64,000 nt of DNA, taken from assembly GCA_030390025.1 (NCBI GenBank), contig JASTWF010000325.1, positions 1 to 64,000 of the forward strand, read 5' to 3'. The translations under genes were made by a program, and so were the position numbers. This DNA comes from Squalus acanthias. Lineage: Eukaryota. Of the stretch, positions 14,113 through 26,400 are shown piece after piece. Under the pieces are notes generated by a model. It ran no database searches. It saw only the letters and a list, made by a program, of their open reading frames with translations, and had not been told where the DNA came from. Within the stretch, counting starts at the first letter, position 1. Each line of letters starts with the position of its first letter.

Positions 14113-16745
14113 AAGCTGTGGAAGATGCAGGGGACAGCCTGGGGCAATGGGGTAAGTTTTGGGATTGATACAGGGCCATGGGGAGAGAGCGGGGCAGTGG
14201 GATTAGTCTGGGATTGATACAGGGCTATGGGGAGAGAGTGGCACAGTGGGATTAGTCTGGGATTGATACAGGGCTATGGGGAGAGAGCAGGTCAGTGGGA
14301 TTAGTCTGGGATTGATACAGGGCTATGGGGAGAGAGTGGGTCAGTGGGATTAGTTTGGGATTGATACAGGGCTATGGGGAGAGAGCAGGACAGTGGGATT
14401 AGTTTGGGATTGATACAGGGCTATGGGGAGAGAGCAGGACAGTGGGATTAGTTTGGGATTGATACAGGGCTATGGGGAGACCGTGGGGCAGTGTATTTAG
14501 TTTGGGATTGATACAAGGCTATGGGGAGAGAGTGGCACAGTGGGATTAGTCTGGGATTGATACAGGGCTATGGGGAGAGAGCAGGACAGTGGGATTAGTC
14601 TGGTATTGATACAGGGCTATGGGGAGAGAGTGGCACAGTGGGATTAGTCTGGGATTGATACAGGGCTATGGGGAGAGAGCAGGTCAGTGGGATTAGTCTG
14701 GGATTGATACAGGGTTATGGGGAGAGAGTGGGGCAGTGGGATTAGTCTGGGATTGATACAGGGCTATGGGGAGAGAGTGGGGCAGTGGGATTAGTCTGGG
14801 ATTGATACAGGGCTATGGGGAGAGCGGGACAGTGGGATTAGTCTGGGATTGATACAGGGCTATGGGGAGAGAGTGACACAGTGGGATTAGTCTGGGATTG
14901 ATACAGGGCCATGGGGAGAGAGCGGGTCAGTGGGATTAGTCTGGGATTGATACAGGGCCATGGGGAGAGAGCGGGTCAGTGGGATTAGTTTGGGATTGAT
15001 ACAGGGCTATGGGGAGAGAGTGGCACAGTGGGATTAGTCTGGGATTGATACAGGGCTATGGGGAGAGAGCAGGTCAGTGGGATTAGTCTGGGATTGATAC
15101 AGGGCTATGGGGAGAGAGTGGGGCAGTGGGATTAGTCTGGGATTGATATAGGGCTATGGGGAGAGCGGGACAGTGGGATTAGTCTGGGATTGATACAGGG
15201 CTATGGGGAGAGAGTGACACAGTGGGATTAGTCTGGGATTGATACAGGGCTATGGGAAGACAGTGAAGGGATAATTACTAGTCCTAGCCCCTTTAGGGCT
15301 ACCCCGGATCAGGCGTATTTCTCAGATGTTCACTTTCAACTAAAGTTTGAGGTAGCCGAATCCTAAAGACGCTTAATTGGGTCTAAAGGTCTGGGCTATC
15401 TCTCCCTAAAGGAAAGGAACAACCTGAGAATGTTACCGTCCTCCAGATAGCACTTTTAATAAGTTTAGCTAGACTGTAATGTTCCGGATATTATGAGGGT
15501 CCGGAAAACTCCCCCAGAATTCTGCAACTCCTCACCAAAGAGTGTAGAGATTGAGTTCGCGAGTTTTTGATACAGAAGTCTTATGTGAGACAGTTCTAAA
15601 AATATATAGATTTATTAAAGAACCGACATGCAATTTACAGTGGGTGAGTCAATCGCAACATTAACAGTTTCCAAAAAGAGAAAACTTACAATCTTATTAT
15701 CAGAGAATCTTACTTTTAAATCTTAACTTCACTACAGTATTACAGTTCTTAAAGTGTTCTACAGGATATCCACCAATATCAAATACCTTTGATCCCCGAG
15801 GTACAAAGAGTTGGAGGCTACAGAGCCGCCTCTGAAGCCGAGAATCACTTTGCCCAATTAAAGCGAGTCTGTTATCCCATTTGAGAGTTCAATATTTATA
15901 CCTTTTTCCAGTGGTATTTCCTTTAATGTTTTCTGCTGATACAAGCTAATTATCTCAGTCATTTTTCTGCCGACCTCTGCAACTCTTATAGCCACCTCAG
16001 CCAGAATCATGTCTCCTCTCTAGGTGTTCTAAGTTTACCATATTAAAAAACGGTGTGACGGCTGGTGCTCCTTACTTGATGTCATCTTTACGAGGGCAGA
16101 TGTTCCTTATCTTATGTGCCTCTTTACAAAGTGTAAATTAGAACACCTTATCCATGGTGAACCATTGTTTTTGTTCCCAAAGGTCAGCCTGTCGGAGCCC
16201 TTCACCTTCTGTTTCAATAAGGTTATTTATTCAGGGTCAACAACTGTCTTATCTCAATAGCCAGAATTCTTTCACAGCTATTTCATAGTTAAGTTTCTAA
16301 ATTTCCAAACCCAGTTTGTCATGTTTTAATAAGGCCAGAATTCTTTCATAAGATAGTGTATTTTTCTGAATTGGTTATATGGCTTATTCCTTCACAACAG
16401 TGGGGCACTGGGATTAGTTTGGGATTGATACAGGGCTATGGGGAGAGAGTGGGGCAGTGGAATTAGTTTGGGATTGATACAGGGCTACAGGGAGAGAGTG
16501 GCACAGTGGGATTAGTCTGGGATTGATACAGGGCTATGGGGAGAGTGCAGGACAGTGGGATTAGTCTGGGATTGATACAGGGCTATGGGGAGAGTGCAGG
16601 ACAGTGGGATTAGTCTGGGATTGATACAGGGCTATGGGGAGAGTGCAGGACAGTGGGATTAGTCTGGGATTGATACAGGGCTGTGGGGAGAGAGTGGGGC
16701 ACTGGGATTAATTTGGGATTGATACAGGGCTATGGGGAGAGTGGA
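14113..16745. repeat. 49-bp minisatellite derived from a CR1 3' end, interrupted by a solo LTR
   Basis: Unit GGGATTGATACAGGGCTATGGGGAGAGAGCGGGGCAGTGGGATTAGTCT (14161 to 14210); encodes IQGYGERAG like the CR1 ORF2 terminus; ends in CR1 3' UTR-like GGGCTGAATGGCCTCCTG. Confidence 0.9.
15264..16396 (-). mobile_element. Solo LTR, 1133 bp
   Basis: TG..CA termini with short inverted repeat (TGAAGG / CCTTCACA); ACAG TSD at 15260-63 and 16397-400; minus-strand TATAAATA at ~15895 and AATAAA at ~15613. Confidence 0.8.
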
Positions 16746-18043
16746 GAAGTGTGATTAATTCTGGATTGCACTAGCAAAGAATTAGCACAAGCACGAAGGG
16801 CTGAATGGCCTCCTGTGCTGTAAGCACCTATGGTTGTCTGATAGTTGGGTGAAGTCCAGTGTTAACAGATGCCTCTGTCTGAGTAAACTCTTCATGCCCT
16901 GTCCTCAGGTAAATCCCAGAGAGGAGATTGCGAGCCCTGTGTAATTATAGCAGGCGGGGCTGACTGGCTGAACAGTTTCACTCTAATCGGTAAACTGATC
17001 TAAGCTCGACATGATTCCGGGAGAAAAGGAAAAACAGAAGCCGTGAGACCGGCACAACAGGTCGGGGTGTGTGTGACGGGGAAATTCCACTGAATGCAGT
17101 GGGTGGGGCTTGTGTCAGAACCTTGCTCAATCCTTGTTTGTAATGTCATTCTGTCTCTCACACTCCATTTGTTTTAATGCGGAGGCTTCCGATCTGGAAT
17201 AAATCTACGCACTAACCTGAGGGCTCCCGAGGTGCGTATAGTTCCGTTCCTGGGCCTCGCCAAACTCCAAGTGCGCAGGGCCCACGTATCCCGGGGGCGC
17301 AGGCGGATTGCAAGCATCCCTGGGATCACGTGGGCCATGGGGAGCCAATCAAAGAAGGGAATCTCCCTTCATACACTTGACAGATAGACCCGTCAAATAT
17401 ATGAATGGAGATCACCCCAAAAACACTTCAAAACATTAAATACATTTTTTTTTAAATCATATTTTTAAAATTAGTTGAAATTACAATAAATTAAATATTT
17501 TAAACAAAAATTTAATTTTTTGAAAAAAATAATTAAAGTTTTTTACGGGGCTAAAAATAAACTTGCCCTTTTTTAAAAGTATTTTTAAATGATAAATGAG
17601 TGAAAAAAATTATTTTTTTATTTTTTTCAACTCTTATCCTGGTAAAAGCAGGCCTTACAGCTTTTACCAGGCGTAAGGATTCTAAGGGGTAGAAATTAGG
17701 TCGCGCCCCATTTGGGGCACAAATATCGTCCGGACGCAAATATTAGCGCCTGGCGCTAATTATCGGCACTGACTGGAAACTTCACTTTTACCGCCCCGGG
17801 AGGTGAGTGGAGCGCTAAAGCAGGCGCTGCACACCTGTCTTAAGGCGCAAAGGCCAAGGAGTGAGGCGCTAACTCAGCGCGCGAGCGCAGCGCAGCTGCT
17901 GCCAGTTAGCGAGGGAACACAGACACACTGGCGCCGGACACTTCTTAAAGCGGGGGGGGCCACTTGCTCCCCAGCCACACCCTGCTCATTGCAGCCTTGA
18001 ATCTCAGCCTGGAGAGACCTGTGAATCCATTTTGCTGCCAAGC

Positions 18044-19866
18044 ATGGAGAGGGTAAGAGAACGCGCTCATCGCTTCACCGAGCGGGCCTTGGATGCTCTG
18101 GTTGGCGCAGTGGAGCGCAGACGATGTATGCTGTTCCCTGAGAGTGGCAGGAGGCCTTTGCCACGCGAGTTCAGAAGAGTGTGGAGGGAGGTGGCTCAGA
18201 GCGTCTCCTCCAGGAGCATGGTGCCCAGGACCCATACTCAATGCCGCAAAAAGTTCAACGACCTCACTCGGGTCGTCAGGGTGAGTGGCTTTTTCTCAAT
18301 ACCTCTCCATCCCTCCATCTCAAACTCACTCTATGGCCAGAGGGTCTTAAAACCCCAATGCACAACACTCATCCAACACCTATGGCCCTTTCATCAAACA
18401 CACACACACATTCCACACTTTGCATTCAGTAAGGGCTATTCACCTATGGGAGGCACATCAGGCAAGACCATGGCTGTATATTGTAAGGGCCATTCACCTA
18501 TGGGAGGCACATCAGGCAAGACCATGGCTGTATATTTACTCAGATGCTGTCCTTTTTCTTGCAGGCTAAGCTGGCTCATAATAGGAGACAGCAGCAACGG
18601 ACAGGTGGAGGGCGGCCTCAGCTGCAACCCCTCAGCGATCTGGAGGAGCGCGTCCACAGGATTGTGGCAAGTCGGGTGATCGGTCCCGTCGCCACTGGAG
18701 ACGCCGACCCCGTTCTGGACAGCAATGGTAAGGTCATCACCTTTTTGTCCTCTGTCCTTCCACTTGTCCCTCACAACACCAGCCTTTGACACTTTCAATA
18801 CAACTTGCTAACTCGCTGCACTTATTCCTCCCTTACTGCCACCCTGTCCTCACGCTAAAGCCACTCTTGTACCTCCCTGCTTTCAGATGGTGATTCACCA
18901 GCTGAGGAGATGGGCCCTGAAGCTGCCACTGGGAGTGATGCTGCAGCTGAGGAGGAAGAGGAAGCCAGAGCATCAGTGCCACCCTCTCCCGAGGAAGCCC
19001 ATGCCCACACTGGGAACACGCCTTCCCCGGAGGGGAGCAGGGGGGAAGGGGCTGATGATGGTGAAGCTCCAGGACCCAGCGGGCTGCAGCAACGCCATGG
19101 GGGGGGTAGGGAATACCGGGGGCCTTCTCCCCAGAGGGAGAGTATGCCAGACACTCCTACTGCAATGGACGCAGAGGAGGAGCGGCTGATTGCAGAAATG
19201 AACACCCAGGCGGTGGGCATGCACACTGAGCTCATGGGTGCAGTGGGAAGGGTGCCCGAATGCATTGAGTCACTGGCAAGGAGTGTGGAGCACTTCGCTG
19301 TAGCACAGGCGGATGCCACACTAACGCTTAGTGCTGCAATTCAGTCACTGGCTGCCGTGATCCCACCTCTGACTGCTCTCATACAGACTCAGATGGAGGC
19401 CACGCGAGCACAGACTGCTGCCAACCTCGATGGTTCGTGCACATGTCCCCGGGGCTGTCACCGCGCCACAGCAGGCCAGCAATCTGTGCTCCAGCAGATT
19501 GCTCCGGATGCTGAAGTGCTGCCCCGTGGGAGTGCCAGTGTGTCGGGCGAGCAGGGAGTTGCTGTCCTCTCGCACAATGACAGCATTCCTGCTGCCAACA
19601 CTGTCACTTCTCCACTGCACTTGCCACCGCCTGTAGGACAGACTGCTGCCGCCCATGCAGAGTTGGTGCAGTCTGCAGCCGGGCCCTCCAGGCCCAGAAG
19701 TGGTCGAGGCCGTCCTTCAGGGGCATCTGCAGTGTCAGGGTCTGACGAGCAGCAGCCTTCCACCAGCCTTGCTGCAGTCACTGAGGTCCCATTACGGAGG
19801 AGCAGTAGGGTTAGAAGGGGGGAAGTGCGCAAGGGAAGGAGATCACCCTCGAAGGGCAAAAAGTAG
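18044..19866 (+). CDS. Harbinger Myb/SANT-like DNA-binding protein, 3 exons (18044-18280, 18565-18727, 18887-19866), 459 aa
   Basis: RFTERALDAL..W..VA..V..RTHTQCRKKFNDL trihelix motif; canonical GT-AG junctions join into one stop-free 1380-nt frame. Confidence 0.9.
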
Positions 19867-20160
19867 GAGGTGTGACAAAATGCTGGTCATTTTTTTATTA
19901 AAGGCCGAGGTTCATGGTCCAACTTTTGTTTAGTGTTTTGGACATTATCTCCAGGTTGTGAGAACCAGTTATGTTATTGACTGTTTTTTTGTGTTTATTT
20001 CTATGAGTTTGTCATGAGGAATTGACACACACAGAGTTTGTAAAATAAATAAGTTTCTGTATTCAAAATATACATGGCTGGTGGTTGGAATTATTGGTGC
20101 CTTGGCCAGCTTAGGGGTTGCGTGCTGGGTTGATTAATGTTGGTAGCAATGGCAGGGGCC

Positions 20161-21312
20161 CTAGAAGCGGCTTGCTATTAGCCGTTGACGGACGGCCCTT
20201 GCAGTTTGACCATTGTGGGCCGCCCTCCCGCCTTGGTGCTGCTGATGATCATCGTCCTCGTCCTCTTCCTCCTCCTCCTCTGGTGGTGCTACAAGGCCTG
20301 GTGGCATTGGCTGGGTCCTGAGGATTGCCATGTTGTGCAACATGCAGCACACGACTACGAAGTTCGAAATTTGCTCAGGCGAGTACTGCAGGGCTCCTCC
20401 GGAATGGTCCAGACAGCGGAACCGTTGTTTCAGCACGCCGATTGTGCGCTCAATAATGTTCCTGGTTGCTTGATGGCTTTCATTGTACCGCAGCTCAGCA
20501 GGGGTGTTTGGCGTACGGAGCGGTGTCATCAGCCAGGTGCTCAATGCGTACCCCTTGTCCCCGAGAAGCCAACCAACTGGCTGATGCGGTGCCTCGAAAA
20601 CTTCTGCCACAGTAGTCTGGCGCAGGATGAAAGCATCGTGGCAGCTGCCAGGATAGTGGGCATTGACAGCGAGTATCACCTGTCTGTGGTCACAGACCAA
20701 CTGGACATTCAAGGAATGGAACCCCTTTCTGTTCCTGAATTCCTCTGCATTCTCTCGCGGAGCACGCAAAGCCACATGCGTGCAGTCAATGGCGCCCTGC
20801 ACCATGGGGAAGCCCGCTACCCTCGCAAAGCCCAGAGCACGGTCACGCTGCTTGTCTGGGGTCATAGGGAAAGAGATGAACTCTCGTCTCCTTCTGAAGA
20901 GGGCATTGGTGACCTGCCGGATGCAGCGATGCACCGCGAACTGGGAGATATTGGCGAGATCCCCAACAGCAGCTTGGAATGAGCCAGTGGCGTAGAAGTT
21001 CAAAGCCACTGTGACCTTCACTGCCACCGACAGAGACGTCCTGGACCTCAGCTGAGGCTGCAGATCTGGCTGCAGCAGGTGGCAGAGCTCAGTGACCACC
21101 TCCTTGCTGAATCGCAGCCTTCGCAAACACAGCTCCTCGGACATATGGATGTAGGAGAGCTGTTCACGATATACCCTGGGAGGGTAAGCTCTCCTGTACA
21201 TGCGCCTGATGGCCCTCCTCCGTCTGGCCATCATTGCCACTCTCTGTCTGCGTCTCTGTATCCTCCGATTCAGCTGGAGCAGGACGACGCCCCCAATCAG
21301 TGCAGCCCCCAT
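20161..21312 (-). CDS. Harbinger DDE transposase (HARBI1-like family), ~383 aa from the probable ATG (MGAAL)
   Basis: GAIDCTH, NRKGFHS, PGSCHD, LLGDKGY, RNIIERTIGVLKQRF motifs; uninterrupted ORF. Confidence 0.95.
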   Translation of the reverse strand: MGAALIGGVVLLQLNRRIQRRRQRVAMMARRRRAIRRMYRRAYPPRVYREQLSYIHMSEELCLRRLRFSKEVVTELCHLLQPDLQPQLRSRTSLSVAVKVTVALNFYATGSFQAAVGDLANISQFAVHRCIRQVTNALFRRRREFISFPMTPDKQRDRALGFARVAGFPMVQGAIDCTHVALRAPRENAEEFRNRKGFHSLNVQLVCDHRQVILAVNAHYPGSCHDAFILRQTTVAEVFEAPHQPVGWLLGDKGYALSTWLMTPLRTPNTPAELRYNESHQATRNIIERTIGVLKQRFRCLDHSGGALQYSPEQISNFVVVCCMLHNMAILRTQPMPPGLVAPPEEEEEEDEDDDHQQHQGGRAAHNGQTARAVRQRLIASRF

Positions 21313-21994
21313 ATTCTCTTTGCCAGAAAAGTAATGAGGGACAGCAACTAAAGTAGCAACAAAGTTAGGATGAATAGGCAAAACTACCTCACAAAGCGTT
21401 GAGTCAATGTAGAAGTCTCTCTCTCTCTCTCTCCGAATCTCTCTCTCTCTCTCAGAACGAGTGGTGCATAAATGTCGACCACAGAAAAAGACAGGAAGAG
21501 GCCCCCTTTAAATAGCGCCCCCCCCAGCCCCACACCGATTGATAGCGTTCCAGTCTTCCGGTCGTTGGAAGCGCCAGGCGGTAAGGCAGGGGGCGCCACT
21601 CAATTTCCGCTCCGGGGCGCCCCAAGGGCGTTGCACCATGGAATGACGTCATAATCTGCGCGCGCAGGTGGTCGCAGCGGTAAGTTTTAGCGCCGCCGCA
21701 CAATCTCAAGTTAAGTTCTCGAGCGGCGCAAACATCGCTGCGCCCGTGCGTTAGCGGCTTTGCGCCCCATTAGCGCCCTCTTAAGGCGCTAACGGGAGGC
21801 GCAACCAAGTGAATTTTTCCCCCTAAGTGTTTTCAGCGGGCGGAGCGTCTCCAGAAAGCGGAACTCTCCCCCCGCAGAGGCCCTTCTCCAGATCAGAAAT
21901 GCCGGTTTTCAGCATATGCGCTGTGCATTTCCGATGTCCCTACGGGTGTGCACACAGCTCGTAGGGATCGGAATATCCGGCCCATTGTCTCACA

Positions 21995-22200
21995 CCTGTC
22001 CCTCTCTCTCTCCCTCTATCTCCCTCTCTCTCCCTCTGTCCCTCTCTCTCTCCCTCTGTCCCTCTCTCTCTCCCTCTGTCCCTCTCTCTCTCCCTCTGTC
22101 TCTCTCTCTCTCCCTCTGTCCCTCTCTCTCTCCCTCTGTCCCTCTCTCTCTCCCTCTGTCTCTCTCTCTCTCCCTCTATCTCCGTTTCTCTCTCCCTCTA
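21995..22200. repeat. 20-bp CT-rich tandem repeat
   Basis: (TCCCTCTGTCCCTCTCTCTC)n. Confidence 0.9.
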
Positions 22201-22850
22201 TTCTTGTCAGGCTGCTTGATTGGATGAGCAGAAATGTTCTCCAATTAAAGCCGTTGTCTTCGGTTCCCACCACAAACTCTGTTCCCTAGCCACAGACTTC
22301 ATAAACTTGAGCTCATCCAAAGCTCGGCTGCCCGTGTCCTAACTCGCACCGAGTCCTGTTCACCCATCACCCCTGTGCTCGCTGAACTCCATTGGCTCTC
22401 GGTTAAACAGCTCTTCGATTTTAAAATTCTCATCCTTGTTTTCAAATCCCTCCATGGCCTCACTCCCCCCTATCTCTGTAACCTCCTTCAGCCCCACAAC
22501 CCCCCACCCCCCTGCCCCCCCCCCCCACCCCACCATGAGATATCTGCGCTCCTCTAATTCTGCCCTCTTGAGTATCCCTGATTATAATCACTCAACCATT
22601 GGTGGCCGTGCCTTCTGTTGCCTAGGCCCTAAACTCTGGAATTCCCTCCCTAAACCTCTCCGCCTCGCTACCTCTTTCCTCCTTTAAGACGCTCCTTAAA
22701 ACCTAACTCTTTGACCAAGCTTTTGATTATCTGCCCTAATTTCTCCTTATGTGGCTCGGTGTCAAATTTTTTCTCTTATAACATTCCTGTGAAGCGTTTT
22801 GGGACATTTTACTACGTTAAAAGCGCCATATAAATACAAGTTGTTGTTGT
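22200..22850 (+). mobile_element. L2-type LINE 3' fragment
   Basis: Near-copy of 8601-9073; (GTT)n tail. Confidence 0.8.
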
Positions 22851-23450
22851 CACTCATTCTGTCTCTCTGTCACACTCTCTCTTCCTGTCTCTCTCTTTCT
22901 CTCATCATTCTCTCTCTGTCACTCTCTCTTTCTCTCTCTCTCACTCTCCGTAATTCTTGCTCTCTCTATCACTCTCTCTCTCCCTGTCATTCTTTCTCAC
23001 TCTTTCTCTCTCCCTGTCATTGTTTGTCTCTCTCCATAACTCTCTCTGCTCTTGTCATTCTCTCTGTCTCTCGCTCTCTTCCCGTCTCTCTCTCTCTCTC
23101 TCTCTCTCCCCTATTACTTTCTCTCTGTCACTCTTCCTCTTCCTGTCTTTTTCTCTCTCTGTCTCTCTCATTCTCTCCCTATCTCTCTCTCATTGTCACT
23201 TTTTCTCTCACCTCTCGCTCTCTCTGTCTCCCTCTCTTTCTCTTCCTGTCTCTCTTTCTCTTCTTATCACTATTTCTCTCTCCCTCTCTCTCTCGGTCAG
23301 TCTTTCTCTCCCTGTCCCTCTCACTCTCCTCCTCTCTCCCTGGCTCTCTCTCTCTCTCTGCCTCTCTCGCTCTCCTCTGGCCTCTCTCTCTCACCCATGT
23401 CTCTGTCTCTCTCTCTCCCCATCTCTGGCTCTCTCTCACTCTCTTCCGTC
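22851..23450. repeat. Degenerate CT-rich low-complexity tract
   Basis: Polypyrimidine composition. Confidence 0.9.
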
Positions 23451-23453
23451 AGT

Positions 23454-26400
23454 CTGGAGACCCAGGCCCAATGTGTACTGGAGACCCAGGCCCAATGTGT
23501 ACTGGAGACCCAGGCCCGGTGTGTACTGGAGACTCAGGCCCAATGTCTACTGGAGACTCAGGCCCGGTGTGTACTGGAGACCCAGGCCCGGTGTGTACAA
23601 AAGGCCCAGGCCCGATGTGTACTGGAGACCCAGGCCCAATGTGTACTGGAGACCCAGGCCCGGTGTGTACTGGAGACCCAGGCTCGGTGTGTACTGGAGA
23701 CCCAGGCTCGGTGTGTACTGGAGACCCAGGCTCGGTGTGTACTGGAGACCCAGGCCCGGTGTGTACTGGAGACCCAGGCCCGGTGTGTACTGAAGGCCCA
23801 GGCCCGGTGTGTACCGAAGGCCCAGGCCCGGTGTGTACCGGAGACCCAGGCCCGGCGTGTACCGGAGACCCAGGCCCGGTGTGTACCGGAGACCCAGGCC
23901 CGGTGTGTACCGGAGACCCAGGCCCGATGTGTACCGGAGACCCAGGCCCGGTGTGTACCGGAGACCCAGGCCCGGTGTGTACCGGAGACCCAGGCCCGGT
24001 GTGTACCGCAGGCCCAGGCCCGGTGTGTACCGCAGGCCCAGGCCCGGTGTGTACTGGAGACCCAGGCCCGGTGTGTACTGGAGACCCAGGCCTGGTGTGT
24101 ACTGGAGACCCAGGCCTGGTGTGTACTGGAGACCCAGGCCCGGTGTGTACTGGAGACCCAGGCCCGGTGTGTACTGGAGACCCAGGCCCGGTGTGTATTG
24201 GAGACCCAGGCCCGGTGTGTACTGGAGACCCAGGCCCGGTGTGTACTGCTGGCCCAGGCCTGGTGTGTACTGGAGACCCAGGCCCGGTGTATACTGCTGG
24301 CCCAGGCCTGGTGTGTACTGGAGACTCAGGCCCAATGTCTACTGGAGACTCAGGCCCGGTGTGTACTGGAGACCCAGGCTCGGTGTGTACTGGAGACCCA
24401 GGCCCAATGTGTACTGGAGACCCAGGCCCAATGTGTACTGGAGACCCAGGCCCGGTGTGTACTGGAGACCCAGGCTCGGTGTGTACTGGAGACCCAGGCT
24501 CGGTGTGTACTGGAGACCCAGGCTCGGTGTGTACTGGAGACCCAGGCTCGGTGTGTACTGGAGACCCAGGCTCGGTGTGTACTGGAGACCCAGGCTCGGT
24601 GTGTACTGGAGACCCAGGCTCGGTGTGTACTGGAGACCCAGGCTCGGTGTGTACTGAAGACCCAGGCCCGGTGTGTACTGAAGGCCCAGGCCCGGTGTGT
24701 ACTGGAGACCCAGGCCCGGTGTGTACTGGAGACCTAGGCTCGGTGTGTACTGGAGACCCAGGCTCGGTGTGTACTGGAGACCCAGGCCCGGTGTGTACTG
24801 GAGACCCAGGCCCGGTGTGTACTGGAGACCCAGGCCCGGTGTGTACTGAAGGCCCAGGCCCGGTGTGTACCGGAGACCCAGGCCCGGTGTGTACCGGAGA
24901 CCCAGGCCCGGTGTGTACCGGAGACCCAGGCCCGGTGTGTACCGCAGGCCCAGGCCCGGTGTGTACCGCAGGCCCAGGCCCGGTGTGTACTGGAGACCCA
25001 GGCCCGGTGTGTACTGGAGACCCAGGCCTGGTGTGTACTGGAGACCCAGGCCCGGTGTGTACTGGAGACCCAGGCCCGGTGTGTATTGGAGACCCAGGCC
25101 CGGTGTGTACTGGAGACCCAGGCCCGGTGTGTACTGCTGGCCCAGGCCCGGTGTGTACTGGAGACCCAGGCCCGGTGTATACTGGAGACCCAGGCTCGGT
25201 GTGTACTGAAGGCCCAGGCCCGATGTGTACTGGAGACCCAGGCCCGGTGTGTACTGGAGACCCAGGCCCGGTGTGTACCGGAGACCCAGGCCCGGTGTGT
25301 ACCGGAGACCCAGGCCCGGTGTGTACTGGAGACCCAGGCCCGGTGTGTACAGAAGGCCCAGGCCCGGTGTGTACCGGAGACCCAGGCCCGGCGTGTACCG
25401 GAGACCCAGGCCCGGCGTGTACCGGAGACCCAGGCCCGGTGTGTACCGGAGACCCAGGCCCGGTGTGTACCGGAGACCCAGGCCCGGTGTGTACCGGAGA
25501 CCCAGGCCCGGTGTGTACCGGAGACCCAGGCCCGGTGTGTACCGGAGACCCAGGCCCGGTGTGTACCGCAGGCCCAGGCCCGGTGTGTACCGCAGGCCCA
25601 GGCCCGGTGTGTACCGGAGACCCAGGCCCGGTGTGTACTGGAGACCCAGGCCTGGTGTGTACTGGAGACCCAGGCCGGGTGTGTACTGGAGACCCAGGCC
25701 CGGTGTGTACTGGAGACCCAGGCCCGGTGTGTACTGGAGACCCAGGCCCGGTGTGTATTGGAGACCCAGGCCCGGTGTGTACTGGAGACCCAGGCCCGGT
25801 GTGTACTGCTGGCCCAGGCCTGGTGTGTACTGGAGACCCAGGCCCAGTGTATACTGCTGGCCCAGGCCTGGTGTGTACTGGAGACTCAGGCCCAATGTCT
25901 ACTGGAGACTCAGGCCCGGTGTGTACCGGAGACCCAGGCTCGGTGTGTACCGGAGACCCAGGCCCGGTGTGTACCGCAGGCCCAGGCCCGGTGTGTACCG
26001 CAGGCCCAGGCCCGGTGTGTACTGGAGACCCAGGCCCGGTGTGTACTGGAGACCCAGGCCTGGTGTGTACTGGAGACCCAGGCCTGGTGTGTACTGGAGA
26101 CCCAGGCCCGGTGTGTACTGGAGACCCAGGCCCGGTGTGTACTGGAGACCCAGGCCCGGTGTGTATTGGAGACCCAGGCCCGGTGTGTACTGGAGACCCA
26201 GGCCCGGTGTGTACTGCTGGCCCAGGCCTGGTGTGTACTGGAGACCCAGGCCCAGTGTATACTGCTGGCCCAGGCCTGGTGTGTACTGGAGACTCAGGCC
26301 CAATGTCTACTGGAGACTCAGGCCCGGTGTGTACTGGAGACCCAGGCTCGGTGTGTACTGGAGACCCAGGCCCAATGTGTACTGGAGACCCAGGCCCAAT

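Larger units (their letters stand above)
17686..21823. mobile_element. PIF/Harbinger DNA transposon copy A, complete and apparently intact
   Basis: TAA TSDs (17683-85, 21824-26); TIRs GGGGTAGAAATT / AATTTTTCCCCC; two convergent genes. Confidence 0.97.
17080..21983. mobile_element. Older MITE-like non-autonomous element with an AT-rich core, interrupted by Harbinger A; left boundary uncertain
   Basis: Right end AATATCCGGCCC resembles a Harbinger TIR; GC-rich arms flank an A/T-rich centre. Confidence 0.4.

Noticed and set aside
20161..21381. Host HARBI1 or domesticated MSANTD genes
   Set aside because: Genes lie within TIRs and TSDs and occur as multiple decayed copies, so they are transposon genes
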